Of a DNA stretch of 64,000 nt, positions 1-9,249 are shown piece by piece. Position numbers and translations under genes: made by a program. A model generated the notes under the pieces. The model saw only the letters and a list, made by a program, of their open reading frames with translations, had not been told where the DNA came from and made no database searches. This DNA is from Limisphaerales bacterium (GTDB lineage: Bacteria; Verrucomicrobiota; Verrucomicrobiia; Limisphaerales; JAYPXF01), in the NCBI GenBank assembly GCA_047608975.1, contig JBLFYM010000003.1, positions 17,869 through 81,868 of the forward strand, read 5' to 3'. The stretch's first letter is position 1; every line of letters begins with the position of its first letter.

Positions 1-2059
1 ACATCAGCATGGCCAGTTCGGCGTAACTGGCGATGTGGCCGAGATTCCACTCTGGGATCTCGTATTCGCCGGTGAACACGTAGCTGTAAGGTTTGGAATT
101 GTTCGCGATGGTATGCGGCCAGTCGGTGAAGTCGCCGGAGCAGATGGACAGACAATAGCGATCAAGGAATGGCGGCGCCCGCATCGCCGTCTTGCCGCCG
201 TAGGACAGGCCGTAGAATGCGATGCGGTCCTCATCAACGTGAGGCAGAGTGGCGAGCCAGTCGAGCGTCTGACGATGCTGTTCGATGATGAAGCTGAACA
301 GTGAGAGTCCGAGCGGATTGGCCTTACGCTGGATCGAACGAAACTTGTCTCCTCCGATGTGCGGATTCTGCGGCGCGTAGACAATGAAACCGCGGCGACA
401 CAAAACATCGGCGAAGGACTTGTAGGAACGGTAGGCCCGCGGCTCGCGTGAGATCGTGTCCCTGGACGTTCTTTCCAATCCGTGCTGGCAGACGACGACC
501 GGTCGTTTTTCACCCGCCATCAGATCGCGTGGAAGCAGGAGGATCCCGGCCGCGATGAGATCCGGCGCGACCTCCAACACGACCTCGTAGGCGCGATAGG
601 ATTCGTTCTCGATCACCTGTCGCGTTCGCGGCCTGGGTGGAATGGGTTTCAGGCGCAGTCGACCAATCAGTTCCTCGTGCACGACGTCCTGCAATCGATC
701 GCGCGTCGGCAACCAACGCTCGAGCGAAGACCGATCCGCCTTCCACCTGGCTGCCCGGGTATGGTGACACTCCCGCAAGAGTCGCTGAACGAATTCTTGC
801 ATTTCGTCGAACTGCCGCTGCTCGCGTTCCGCAGACGCGGGCGTCCGCAGCGTTTCCCATTCCGCCAACACCGCCTCCGAATCCACTTCCATCCCGAGCG
901 CTTGCGCAAATGCGGCAACCGCTTGGGAGCTTCCCGCCGGTCCCTTCCCTTCCGGCCCGCTGACGACCAGTCTGATCTCCGACGCCTTGCCAAGCCGCTG
1001 GTAGTGGGTGGCCGCGCGCTGATGTTCCGCCTTCACGGTTGGAAGCGTGCACGTTTCGATACGACCCGGAGCCGCCGATTTTCTTCGCCCTTCGCGGTCG
1101 GTCGGCCCATTGAACCCATCGACCCCGCAGGCCTCGATGACCAGCCGTCGGGGCGCCACCATTCCGGCGAGTTCGGCGTCGCCAAATTCGGTCAACAAAC
1201 GCGAGACGTTGCGGGAGATCGGTTCGCGCCAGAGTCCTTCGCGTTCATCGAAGTAGCCAGACACGAGGGTCGAATCAATCCGCTCATCGAGAGCCGTGGC
1301 ATACAGCGCCAGCAATCCGCCTTCCCCGACACCGATCACGCCCACGGGCAGTTCCGGGTCGAATCGATCAATCACTGACAACACTTTCTGAACTTCGAAT
1401 CCGATGGGATGCCGTCCCACCTCAAAGGCCTGTCGGTAGAGAAACTCCCGATGCGGCTGATCCGTGAGCATATTCGGATGCCCCGAGAATTCGTTACTGC
1501 GACTCAGCAAGGTGGGAATGACGACCAGGCATCCAGCCGCAGCAAGTCTTTGCACAAACCGTTGGCGACCCGCCGCTGCTTCACCGAGGCCGCAAAACAG
1601 TTCCGGAGTCCAATTGGCATCCGGCAGCGCCACCACGGCCGCTCGAATCTGATTCGGCTTCAGCACCAGCGCTTCAACGGTGATGCCTGGCAACACTGCC
1701 CAACGAACGGTATGAACGGTCACCGACGGGGAACGCGCAACGACCGATGAGCGCGGCAGTGCGGCCAGCAGTTCAAAATCGGAATCGATCGTCTGGCGTT
1801 GGTCCTGCGCGCCGATGAAATTGCGGAAGCGATCGCGCAGCGTTTCAAGGTCCGAATAGTTTCCGCGCCACCTCGCCTGGCGTCGTGCCGGCAATTCCGC
1901 GATGAGCCGCTGGCAGTATTGGTTGATCCCCGCCACCATCACCTCGTGCACCGGCCGCTGGAGTATCAGTCTCGACGTACCCGGCAGAGGGGTCTGGGCA
2001 TCCACCGCCACCGCCCAGCCAAGCACGACAAAGAACAACACGGTTTGGTGGCTGGGCAT
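1..2059 (-). CDS. secreted alpha/beta-hydrolase fold protein with two hydrolase-like halves; C-terminus runs off the left window edge
   Basis: Absent from the ORF track because there is no stop in the window. Manual translation of the minus frame from the ATG at 2059 gives MPSHQTVLFFVVLGWAVAVDAQTPLPGTSRL (signal peptide). I translated 2059-1261 and 724-1 by hand with no stop; for 725-1260 the only support is that the track lists no ORF in this frame. GLSYGG (GxSxG elbow) lies at 194-211 and a degenerate GVGEGG elbow at 1316-1333. The listed plus-strand ORFs here look like antisense artefacts. Confidence 0.75.
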   Translation of the reverse strand, partial: MPSHQTVLFFVVLGWAVAVDAQTPLPGTSRLILQRPVHEVMVAGINQYCQRLIAELPARRQARWRGNYSDLETLRDRFRNFIGAQDQRQTIDSDFELLAALPRSSVVARSPSVTVHTVRWAVLPGITVEALVLKPNQIRAAVVALPDANWTPELFCGLGEAAAGRQRFVQRLAAAGCLVVIPTLLSRSNEFSGHPNMLTDQPHREFLYRQAFEVGRHPIGFEVQKVLSVIDRFDPELPVGVIGVGEGGLLALYATALDERIDSTLVSGYFDEREGLWREPISRNVSRLLTEFGDAELAGMVAPRRLVIEACGVDGFNGPTDREGRRKSAAPGRIETCTLPTVKAEHQRAATHYQRLGKASEIRLVVSGPEGKGPAGSSQAVAAFAQALGMEVDSEAVLAEWETLRTPASAEREQRQFDEMQEFVQRLLRECHHTRAARWKADRSSLERWLPTRDRLQDVVHEELIGRLRLKPIPPRPRTRQVIENESYRAYEVVLEVAPDLIAAGILLLPRDLMAGEKRPVVVCQHGLERTSRDTISREPRAYRSYKSFADVLCRRGFIVYAPQNPHIGGDKFRSIQRKANPLGLSLFSFIIEQHRQTLDWLATLPHVDEDRIAFYGLSYGGKTAMRAPPFLDRYCLSICSGDFTDWPHTIANNSKPYSYVFTGEYEIPEWNLGHIASYAELAMLM

Positions 2060-2140
2060 GCGGTTGTATAGAGGCGGGAATGCGAGGGAGTCAAACCCGG
2101 TAAAATTAGAAGTGAACTGACACGTTTTCGGATTCTGTCT

Positions 2141-3883
2141 TTATCGGACCGATCCTTTTCCGTGGCGGGTTACCTCTGTCTCCGTCAGCGCCCGCCGGTA
2201 GATGCGCACATCCCTGATCCCGCCGTTGAAAAAATCATACTGACCGAACCCGATCTGCAGAGGAGCCTCGTTCGTCAAATCGAAATCCTTTGCGTCAAAC
2301 TCGTCTGACTCCGCCACCCGTTTGCCATCGATGAAAAGTTTCAGTCTGCCGCCCTCTTTCACGGCCGCAATATGGCGCCAGCCGCTCGCGAGTTCTTCGT
2401 CGAAGCTCACGACCTTGCCTGCCTCAAAAGAACGCACATGGCCTGAGGGAAACGTGCCCGAGAACAACCTGCCCCTGAAGACAGCCAACGAAAAAGCGCG
2501 GCGATAAATCACATCCTTGGTGAGATCGACTCGCCCCACCGATCTCCATTGTTCATCGCCGTCATAGCGGAAAATTTCCGCCATCGGCAATGACCCGGCG
2601 TACAGTTTGCCGTTGTAGTGATTGGATCCCATGATTTCCTGTTCTTCCCCGAGACGTCCAGTGGACTCCCACGTCGTACCGCCCTCGTATCGGTAGACTT
2701 TGCCCTCCGGCCAGGTTCCCGCCACGAGTTTTCCCTGGTGAAGCCCCAGGCTGTACACCTGGGTTCCAGTCTTATCTCCCTTCAGGCCGGTCGGAACCCA
2801 TTTACTGCCGTCCCAGTACGCCTGCGTCCGGCTCGCTGTGCCGAGCGACCCGGTGCGATGCCAGTCCTTTCCATCAAAACGAAAGACGGAACCTTCGTCG
2901 TAGGAAGTGGCAAAGATGGCCCCATTGTGGACGGTCAGGGCCTCCGTTCGCAGATCGTCGGGCGTTCCCATTGCGCGCCATTCGGTCCCTCCCTCGAAGC
3001 GAAAGAATCCCGGCTGATAGAATCCCGTCGCATAGAGTTTACCCTTGAAATTGACTAGTCCATTGACCCCGTCCAGACCCAACAACTGGCCAAGGTCCGT
3101 CCACCGGCCGTCATCCTCGAGCCGGAAGACCTTGCCGCCAATATGATGCGAGAGCGTTGGCTCCAGACCGGAGTAATGCAACAAAACCCGTGACACACCG
3201 ACATGCAGTTTCCCCTGAAAACTCGCCATCGAAGTGACCCCGTTGCTTTTCCACGGGGCTCCAAGATCCTCCCATTCCCCAGTCTTTCTGTAACGATAAA
3301 CATGACCCTTGTCACCGTTGGTGCGCCCCTCGACCGTTCCCACAAACAGGTCCCCGTCGTGAACCGCCATGCTGTGGATGAAAATCGATTTTCCCGGGCG
3401 TCCCTCGTCGCGCCACTGATCTGATTGTTTGCCATTGTCGATGCCAAACTGGAGGTTGCGATAGTTCGCCTGGCTGCCGACCACTCCCGCATGGTTGACG
3501 AGGCTGAGATTAAATCCCCGGCGGGTTTCCGGATCGTATTTGGTGATCAGATCACCTGGGTTGTCATCCATTTTCTCCGTGGTATGCACCCAAAGCGAAA
3601 TTGAAAAATCTCCGCTTCCCAAGGCCAGAGATTGGCTATGCGTAACTTCGATGTAGCTCCTGCGCCCGTCAAATTGCGCCGCGCCGCCCTTTCTCCCCTT
3701 GATTCCAACGGCGCTGAGATTCGCCCCGTGATTTCTCGCCGTGTTATTGTTACCGGAACTGTCCAGCAGATCCCCCTGTAATTTCCAATGCCCTTCGGGA
3801 TCGCTTTCCTGTGCATTCAGGACAGTCCACGAACTCGCCAGAAAGAGGCAGGTCGGTAAGGTTTGAAGGAAGAAGTTTTTCAT
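2141..3883 (-). CDS. secreted LamG (concanavalin A-like lectin) domain protein with an internal beta-propeller-like repeat insertion
   Basis: 580-aa ORF with an ATG start and signal peptide MKNFFLQTLPTCLFLASSWTVLNA. The N-terminal half of the LamG domain is present (FDGRRSYIEV, GDFSISLWVH), as is the C-terminal half (WRHIAAVKEGGRLKLFIDGKRV, FNGGIRDVRIYRRALTETEV). About eight G-K-L-Y/F-x-G...Y/F-R-Y/F-xG..W repeats lie between them. Confidence 0.85.
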   Translation of the reverse strand: MKNFFLQTLPTCLFLASSWTVLNAQESDPEGHWKLQGDLLDSSGNNNTARNHGANLSAVGIKGRKGGAAQFDGRRSYIEVTHSQSLALGSGDFSISLWVHTTEKMDDNPGDLITKYDPETRRGFNLSLVNHAGVVGSQANYRNLQFGIDNGKQSDQWRDEGRPGKSIFIHSMAVHDGDLFVGTVEGRTNGDKGHVYRYRKTGEWEDLGAPWKSNGVTSMASFQGKLHVGVSRVLLHYSGLEPTLSHHIGGKVFRLEDDGRWTDLGQLLGLDGVNGLVNFKGKLYATGFYQPGFFRFEGGTEWRAMGTPDDLRTEALTVHNGAIFATSYDEGSVFRFDGKDWHRTGSLGTASRTQAYWDGSKWVPTGLKGDKTGTQVYSLGLHQGKLVAGTWPEGKVYRYEGGTTWESTGRLGEEQEIMGSNHYNGKLYAGSLPMAEIFRYDGDEQWRSVGRVDLTKDVIYRRAFSLAVFRGRLFSGTFPSGHVRSFEAGKVVSFDEELASGWRHIAAVKEGGRLKLFIDGKRVAESDEFDAKDFDLTNEAPLQIGFGQYDFFNGGIRDVRIYRRALTETEVTRHGKGSVR

Positions 3884-4108
3884 AAAGGCAACGGTTAACA
3901 GAGTTCATGGATTCTCCCGGAGAAAGGCGAGCAGGTCGGCCATCGCCTGAAAAGGGAGAACAGCCTCAAGACCATCGGGCATGATCGAGCAACCCGAGTT
4001 AACTGATTGGAATTTGCTATTTCAAGGATCTTTATCGCGGCGTCGGTCCGTAAAACATGTCAGTTCCCCTCAATCGACCAACATGTTGTTGCGCGATTGA
4101 GGGCCACT

Positions 4109-4336
4109 GATCATAACCTGTTCAAACACCCGAAGGGCCACCTCCCAACCTATCGCGAGACGAATCAGGTAATGCTGCACGCCGTACGGGAAGGCCGCTG
4201 GAAGTATAACCCGAAGCCCACCAAATTCCTCGGCCTCGGCACCGATGAGTATCTGAAAATTCCGGAAAGCGCCCTCTACGACCTGAACGCCGATCCCGGC
4301 AGACGAGGGACATCCGGTCGCCGCACGGGCTGGTAG
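4109..4336 (+). pseudogene. C-terminal fragment of a sulfatase (gene remnant)
   Basis: The translation ...LHAVREGRWKYNPKP...ESALYDLNADPG... matches the conserved sulfatase C-terminus (compare MVRDKRFKYIRNY...EELYDTKNDPHE in the 61792-63678 sulfatase). About 400 N-terminal residues, including the CxPxR site, are missing, and the LamG gene start lies directly upstream. Confidence 0.5.
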
Positions 4337-4538
4337 GACCAGTGCTTGCGGGAATCCATTTGTTTCGCGGCGGCGGCTGACACTCTACTGCTTGCCGTTG
4401 ATGAAAACCGTCATGAATGCTGCCCGGTGCTTCTTGCGTGCTCGCCTCTGCTCTGCTGTAAGCTTCCGCTTCGGCTTGACCATGATTCAGTTTGTCCTCC
4501 AGGGGTGTGGCAACACGACTTCGGGCAGGACTCCAAGT

Positions 4539-4739
4539 TCAGTCAAAATCTGAGCAGCTCATGAAATAGTGGCAGCGGGCGCACCGGAGTTTGCAGCCAC
4601 GGTTCTCGAGTTCTTTTCCGCAGCGCGGGCACCAGCGCCAGTATTCGCCCAAAACGGTGTTACCAGCCGCCGCTGGGGGTTCGACCAGGATCGGAGGAGA
4701 GGTGTCCGAGGAGGCTGAGGTATTCGCTTCGGTGCTCAT
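4539..4739 (-). CDS. small Cys-rich zinc-ribbon-like protein (66 aa)
   Basis: An internal ATG at 4739 avoids overlap with the upstream PLD gene (stop at 4787, 47-nt gap). The sequence is MSTEANTS...WRWCPRCGKELENRGCKLRCARCHYFMSCSDFD, with CxxC...CxxxCxxC. Confidence 0.55.
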   Translation of the reverse strand: MSTEANTSASSDTSPPILVEPPAAAGNTVLGEYWRWCPRCGKELENRGCKLRCARCHYFMSCSDFD

Positions 4740-4786
4740 GGAGGTAAGCGGAGAGCGTAGGCGGCTGGGCGTTGCCGCGCAATGTT

Positions 4787-5947
4787 TCAACGTAGGTCGT
4801 TGAGTTGTTTTCGAGCCAGATACAGGTCGAAGCGGGTGAGGAGCCAGTAAGCGAACTTCTCCTTCCAACGGGCAATGAAACCGCGGGACTTGCGCCACTG
4901 GGAGAGGTTCACGCGGCGGCAGCGGGTCAGGGTGTCATCGAACAGTTCACGCGCCTCTTCGGCAGTGTCGTGACTGTTGAGACGCACGCTCAGTTCGTAA
5001 TTGATATACAGGCTCCGCGTATCGAGGTTGGCAGATCCCACATACACGGAATCGTCGATGATGATCATCTTCGCGTGCAGGACCTGTGGTTCGTACTCGT
5101 AGATCTCGACGCCCGCCCGCATCAGGGACTGGTAGAGCTTCCGGGTCGCGAGCTGGGAAAGCAGCACATCGCTTTTGCCGGGAACGATGAGCTGCACCTT
5201 GTGTCCGCGCCGCGCGACTTTCAGCAGGGTGCGCCGCAGGCGATAGGTGGGCAGGAAATACGCGGCCATGATTCGCACGTCCGTCGCCTTTCGAAGGTCG
5301 GCTTTCAGAGAGCGTTTCAATTGGGAGAATCCCCGCCCGGGGCCGCTGATGATGATGGTCCCGGCTTCGTGTGGAAGCCAGGCGTGGTTACCGGTTTTCA
5401 TCACGCGAATGAAGGCGCGATGCTTGAGTTCGGCGCGGGTGAACATCTTGTCAAAGGTTTCACCCAGATGGGCGGCAAGTGAGCCATGGAGAAAGATCCC
5501 GATGTCCTTCCATCCACCGGTCACGCCATCGCCACAGTGCTCGGGGGCAATGTTGTAGCCGCCTACATACGCGGAGCGGTCATCGACCACGAGAAGTTTC
5601 CGGTGGTTGCGGAATGTGCCCTTCAGGAATCGTGGACGGTTGAACCAGCGGAATTCGCCGCCGTTATGAATGAGCCCGTTCCAGTAGTCCGCGGGCAGTT
5701 CCGTGGAACCCCAGGCGTCGAGCAGCGCATAAACGCGCACGCCGCGTTGAGCGGCGCTGATCAGGGCCGCCCGAATCCGATCGCCGGGTTCACCTCGCTT
5801 GAAGATATAGGTCTCGAACCGAACCGTGTGCTGCGCGCCATCAATGGCCTCCAGCATCGTGGAGTATGCCTGATCGCCGGTTCGTAGCCACTCTAAGCTG
5901 GCCGCAGCCGGAGCTCCAGGGGGGGCAGGCTCGGCGACGGTGTTCAT
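4787..5947 (-). CDS. phospholipase D family protein, ClsB-like cardiolipin synthase
   Basis: Two HKD motifs are present: HRKLLVVDDRSAYVGGYN and HAKMIIIDDSVYVGSANLDTRS. There are no N-terminal TM helices, which fits a ClsB-like architecture. Confidence 0.9.
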   Translation of the reverse strand: MNTVAEPAPPGAPAAASLEWLRTGDQAYSTMLEAIDGAQHTVRFETYIFKRGEPGDRIRAALISAAQRGVRVYALLDAWGSTELPADYWNGLIHNGGEFRWFNRPRFLKGTFRNHRKLLVVDDRSAYVGGYNIAPEHCGDGVTGGWKDIGIFLHGSLAAHLGETFDKMFTRAELKHRAFIRVMKTGNHAWLPHEAGTIIISGPGRGFSQLKRSLKADLRKATDVRIMAAYFLPTYRLRRTLLKVARRGHKVQLIVPGKSDVLLSQLATRKLYQSLMRAGVEIYEYEPQVLHAKMIIIDDSVYVGSANLDTRSLYINYELSVRLNSHDTAEEARELFDDTLTRCRRVNLSQWRKSRGFIARWKEKFAYWLLTRFDLYLARKQLNDLR

Positions 5948-5984
5948 GGTTTGGGTGGTGAGACGGTAGGAGGAGCAGGTCCAC

Positions 5985-7322
5985 CTATTTCAGTGGAACA
6001 AGTTTTTGGACCATGCCCTTGCCCTGCGAAGCCACGGTGTTGCGTGGGTTCGTGAGCACATAGAGTTCGCCATCGGCGTCCTGGCCAAATGCCCAGAGGA
6101 AGGCCTTCAGATTCGTGTCACCCTCCGCGCCGATGCCAATGCCATCCAGCTTCCATTCCTTGCCGGCAGCCTGCGGAGTCAGTGCATAGAGGATGCCGAG
6201 TTTCGGACCGATGTTGCGCGACCAGTCACCGAAGACATACTTGCCCGACAACGCGGGAATCGCTTTGCCACGGTAAACGTAACCGCCGGTCACGCTGCGT
6301 CCCTTGCCTTCGTCCGGCCCCCAGGAACCCATGTTCTTGTATTTGCCGACCGGGGCTTCGAAGCCGCTGGTCTGGTCACCGACATAAGGTTTGTCCAAGG
6401 GCGTCTTATCGTTCTTCGGATTGAACCACTCGTTGCCTTCGCGGAGGTTCCAGCCGTAGTTCCCGCCCTTGACGATGCGATTGATTTCTTCCCACCGCGA
6501 CTGACCGACGTCAGCGATGAAGAGTTCCTGTTTGCCGCCGCGATCGAAGGAGAGTCCCCAAGGATTGCGAATACCGAGCGCCCAGATTTCGGGACGGGTG
6601 CCCTTCTTGCCGACGAAGGGATTGTCAGCCGGGATGCCATACTGTCTGCCAGCACTCTTCTTGTTGACGTCGATGCGGATGATCTTGCCGAGGAGAACGT
6701 TCTTGTCCTGGCCGTTGCCGCGCGGACCGCGAGCCACGATGGCGTGCTGAATCACTTTTCCTTTGCGCACGCGCTCGGCGGCGTTCACGTCGTTCTTGTT
6801 TCCGCCGTCGCCGGAACCGATGTACAGCATCCCGTCCGGGCCGAAGGCGATGCGGCCACCATCGTGATTGAAGTAGGGTTGATCGATCTGCAGAAGCACG
6901 CGCTCGGACTTCAGGTCAAGTTTGTTGCCCGACACCTTGAATTCTGAAACATGGCTGGTGTGATCCCAGTGCTCCTTGGCACCCGCACGCAGCGGGCCGC
7001 TGTAGGAGATATAAAGTTTCCGGTTCTTCCCAAACTGGGGATGCAGGGCGACACCCAACAGACCCCGTTCATCAAAGCTGGCCTTCTGGGGGCCAAGGAT
7101 GCTCGAAATGTCGCCAAATACGGTCAGCTTGCCGGCCTGGTTCAACAGGTGCAGCTTGCCGGTCTGTTCGCCCAGCAACATCTGATTCTTGTTGTAGGCG
7201 ATGAGAACAGAGGGGGCGGTGAGACCGCCCACGATCTTCTTCAGGCCGATTTTCAGGTCAGCGGCGGAAGCTGACAACGAGAGCAGCAGCGAGGCGGCAA
7301 CAATGAGTCCGGGTACTTTCAT
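5985..7322 (-). CDS. PQQ-dependent sugar dehydrogenase (soluble glucose/sorbosone dehydrogenase, GSDH family)
   Basis: Motifs HPQFGKNRKLYISY, HDGGRIAFGPDGMLYIGSGDGG, GIRNPWGLSFD and GGNYGW are present. The start was trimmed to the ATG at 7322, giving signal peptide MKVPGLIVAASLLLSLSASAA. The stop is TAG. Confidence 0.9.
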   Translation of the reverse strand: MKVPGLIVAASLLLSLSASAADLKIGLKKIVGGLTAPSVLIAYNKNQMLLGEQTGKLHLLNQAGKLTVFGDISSILGPQKASFDERGLLGVALHPQFGKNRKLYISYSGPLRAGAKEHWDHTSHVSEFKVSGNKLDLKSERVLLQIDQPYFNHDGGRIAFGPDGMLYIGSGDGGNKNDVNAAERVRKGKVIQHAIVARGPRGNGQDKNVLLGKIIRIDVNKKSAGRQYGIPADNPFVGKKGTRPEIWALGIRNPWGLSFDRGGKQELFIADVGQSRWEEINRIVKGGNYGWNLREGNEWFNPKNDKTPLDKPYVGDQTSGFEAPVGKYKNMGSWGPDEGKGRSVTGGYVYRGKAIPALSGKYVFGDWSRNIGPKLGILYALTPQAAGKEWKLDGIGIGAEGDTNLKAFLWAFGQDADGELYVLTNPRNTVASQGKGMVQKLVPLK

Positions 7323-7388
7323 GTCGAGAAATCTAGCCGCGGGCCCGGTCACTGCCAAGCCAGTAGGCGGGGGAATTTAACCGGGCGA

Positions 7389-7613
7389 TCAGTCGTTTGG
7401 ATCGCCGCCGATTTTCCGGGCTCGTTCCACCTTCGCAATGCGGAGCCACATCTGGGCATACCCGACTTCCCGTCCGAGATACTGTGCTTTCAGATGCTCA
7501 AAATCTTCCCGCCAGCGGGTGGTCGCGTCCTCGAATTCCCAGCAGGAAACGGTGATCCCAAACCCTTCGTCGTCGCGGGAGTCCGGGCAAAGCGCTCGCT
7601 CATGAGGGCGCAT
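7389..7613 (-). CDS. hypothetical small protein (74 aa)
   Basis: The ATG at 7613 overlaps the LOG stop (7600-7602) by 14 nt. Third-position GC is typical of coding sequence. I recognise no motif. Confidence 0.45.
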   Translation of the reverse strand: MRPHERALCPDSRDDEGFGITVSCWEFEDATTRWREDFEHLKAQYLGREVGYAQMWLRIAKVERARKIGGDPND

Positions 7614-8181
7614 TGCCGAACCACTTGCCGCCGGAACAAGGAGTAAATTCACGCATCTGCTTCAGCAGCGCGTCCGGGGAATCAGCCACCAGCAACATGT
7701 CCAACTGCTCGCCCTTGATGAATTGCTCGCCCTGCATGTGTCCCAGAAAGGCCAGGAGATGATCGTAGTAACCACCGGTGTTCAAAATACCGACGGGCTT
7801 GTCGTGAAACTGCAACTGCAGCCAGGTGAAAATCTCGGCGAGTTCCTCCAAGGTCCCGATGCCGCCGGGCAAGGCGATGAAGCCATCCGACATTTCGGCC
7901 ATCCGTTGCTTGCGGGCGTGCATCGAATCAACGACGAGCAGTTCGGTGACCCCGCTGTGACCGAGTTCCTTTTCTTCAAGGCTCTGGGGAATGACGCCGC
8001 GAACAGATCCACCCGCTTCGAGAACGGCATCTGCCACCGAGCCCATGAGCCCGACGTTCCCTCCCCCATAGACAAGTTCCAAACCTTCCGCAGCCAGCAA
8101 TGCGCCGACCGCCTTTGCGGCTTCGGCATAGACCGGGTCGCCGCCTAAGTTCGAACCGCAATAGACGCAGATGCGTTTCAT
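7600..8181 (-). CDS. LOG family protein (cytokinin riboside 5-prime-monophosphate phosphoribohydrolase-like, TIGR00730 type)
   Basis: The sequence begins MKRICVYCGSNLG and contains GGGNVGLMG and PGGIGTLEE. The ATG at 8181 forms an ATGA overlap with the upstream esterase stop (8178-8180). Confidence 0.9.
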   Translation of the reverse strand: MKRICVYCGSNLGGDPVYAEAAKAVGALLAAEGLELVYGGGNVGLMGSVADAVLEAGGSVRGVIPQSLEEKELGHSGVTELLVVDSMHARKQRMAEMSDGFIALPGGIGTLEELAEIFTWLQLQFHDKPVGILNTGGYYDHLLAFLGHMQGEQFIKGEQLDMLLVADSPDALLKQMREFTPCSGGKWFGNAPS

Positions 8182-9053
8182 TTTCGGGTAAGCAGCCCCA
8201 TCGCCTTCATCCACTCGCTGCAACGTTGATGCCAGTGACTGACGGGATGATCAGAGGGACGGAGCCCGTAGCCGTGGCCACCTTTGGTGTAGATATGGAG
8301 TTCAGCGGGAACTCCGGCCTGCTTCAGTTCCAGATAGAACTGGGCGGCGTTGTAGCCACGCAGTTTGTCATCGCTGGTGACGGCAATGAAAGTGGGTGGC
8401 GTGTCTTTCGTCACCTTCATCAACGCATCCAGCGGCGCGGGATTCCGCTCGTCGGCGTAGTACGCGGGATAGATCGGGCAGATGAAATCCGGGCGGGCGC
8501 TGAGCTGGTCTGCTTCGTCTTGGGCTGAATACCCTAATTTCTTAAAATGCAGCCCCGCCATGGTCGTGAGATGGCCACCGGCGGAGAAACCGAGAATGCC
8601 GACCCGCCCGGGATCAACACCCCAGGCCTTGGCATTGTGCCGCATGACGCGGATCGCGCGCTGGGCATCCTGCAATGGTTCAAGATGTGGTGTGGCCGGG
8701 TGGCGGCGCGGCACGCGATATTGGAGTACTGCACAGGTGACACCGACGGAGTTGAAATACTCCGCGACTTCCAATCCCTCCTTCGGCCACGCGAGGATAT
8801 TGTAGCCACCGCCAGGACAGATGATCAGCCCCACGCCATTTGCTTTGCCTTTGGGGGCACGAAACAGCGTCAGGCTAGGTTGGTCAACGAACGCGATCCG
8901 CTCCTCGGTCGTCTTCTTTTTGGCGGCGTCGATCTTTTCTGGGGTGAGTTGAACGGAGCCATCCGGGAGTCCGGCGGGCCAGAGATCGATCACGGGTTTA
9001 TCCGCGGCAAAAGTCGAGGTGGCCACGGCAATGAGGGCAATGAGATGTTTCAT
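8178..9053 (-). CDS. secreted alpha/beta hydrolase (esterase/lipase type)
   Basis: Signal peptide MKHLIALIAVATSTFAA, nucleophile elbow GFSAGGH, and C-terminal DDKLR...GGHGYG. Confidence 0.85.
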   Translation of the reverse strand: MKHLIALIAVATSTFAADKPVIDLWPAGLPDGSVQLTPEKIDAAKKKTTEERIAFVDQPSLTLFRAPKGKANGVGLIICPGGGYNILAWPKEGLEVAEYFNSVGVTCAVLQYRVPRRHPATPHLEPLQDAQRAIRVMRHNAKAWGVDPGRVGILGFSAGGHLTTMAGLHFKKLGYSAQDEADQLSARPDFICPIYPAYYADERNPAPLDALMKVTKDTPPTFIAVTSDDKLRGYNAAQFYLELKQAGVPAELHIYTKGGHGYGLRPSDHPVSHWHQRCSEWMKAMGLLTRK

Positions 9054-9249
9054 GTGTTTGAAGGCCGAACCTAGCGCTCCCGGTAGATGCGCTCAATGGG
9101 ATTTGCATCGGGCGGATGCGGCGAGGGCGCGCTTCAGCGCTTTTGGTTCGATTCACATTGCCAAGACCAAAGTGCACCCTCGAACAAACTACGCCGGCGA
9201 ACTTCATTGCGCCTGATTCCGCCCTTACCTAGACTCAGAAGAGACCATC

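Noticed and set aside
482-1378. 298-aa plus-strand ORF and neighbouring listed ORFs (4-513, 510-1052 and others).
   Set aside because: All overlap the unlisted minus-strand alpha/beta-hydrolase frame, which has a signal peptide and a GxSxG motif. Their translations are Arg/Pro-rich with no motifs.
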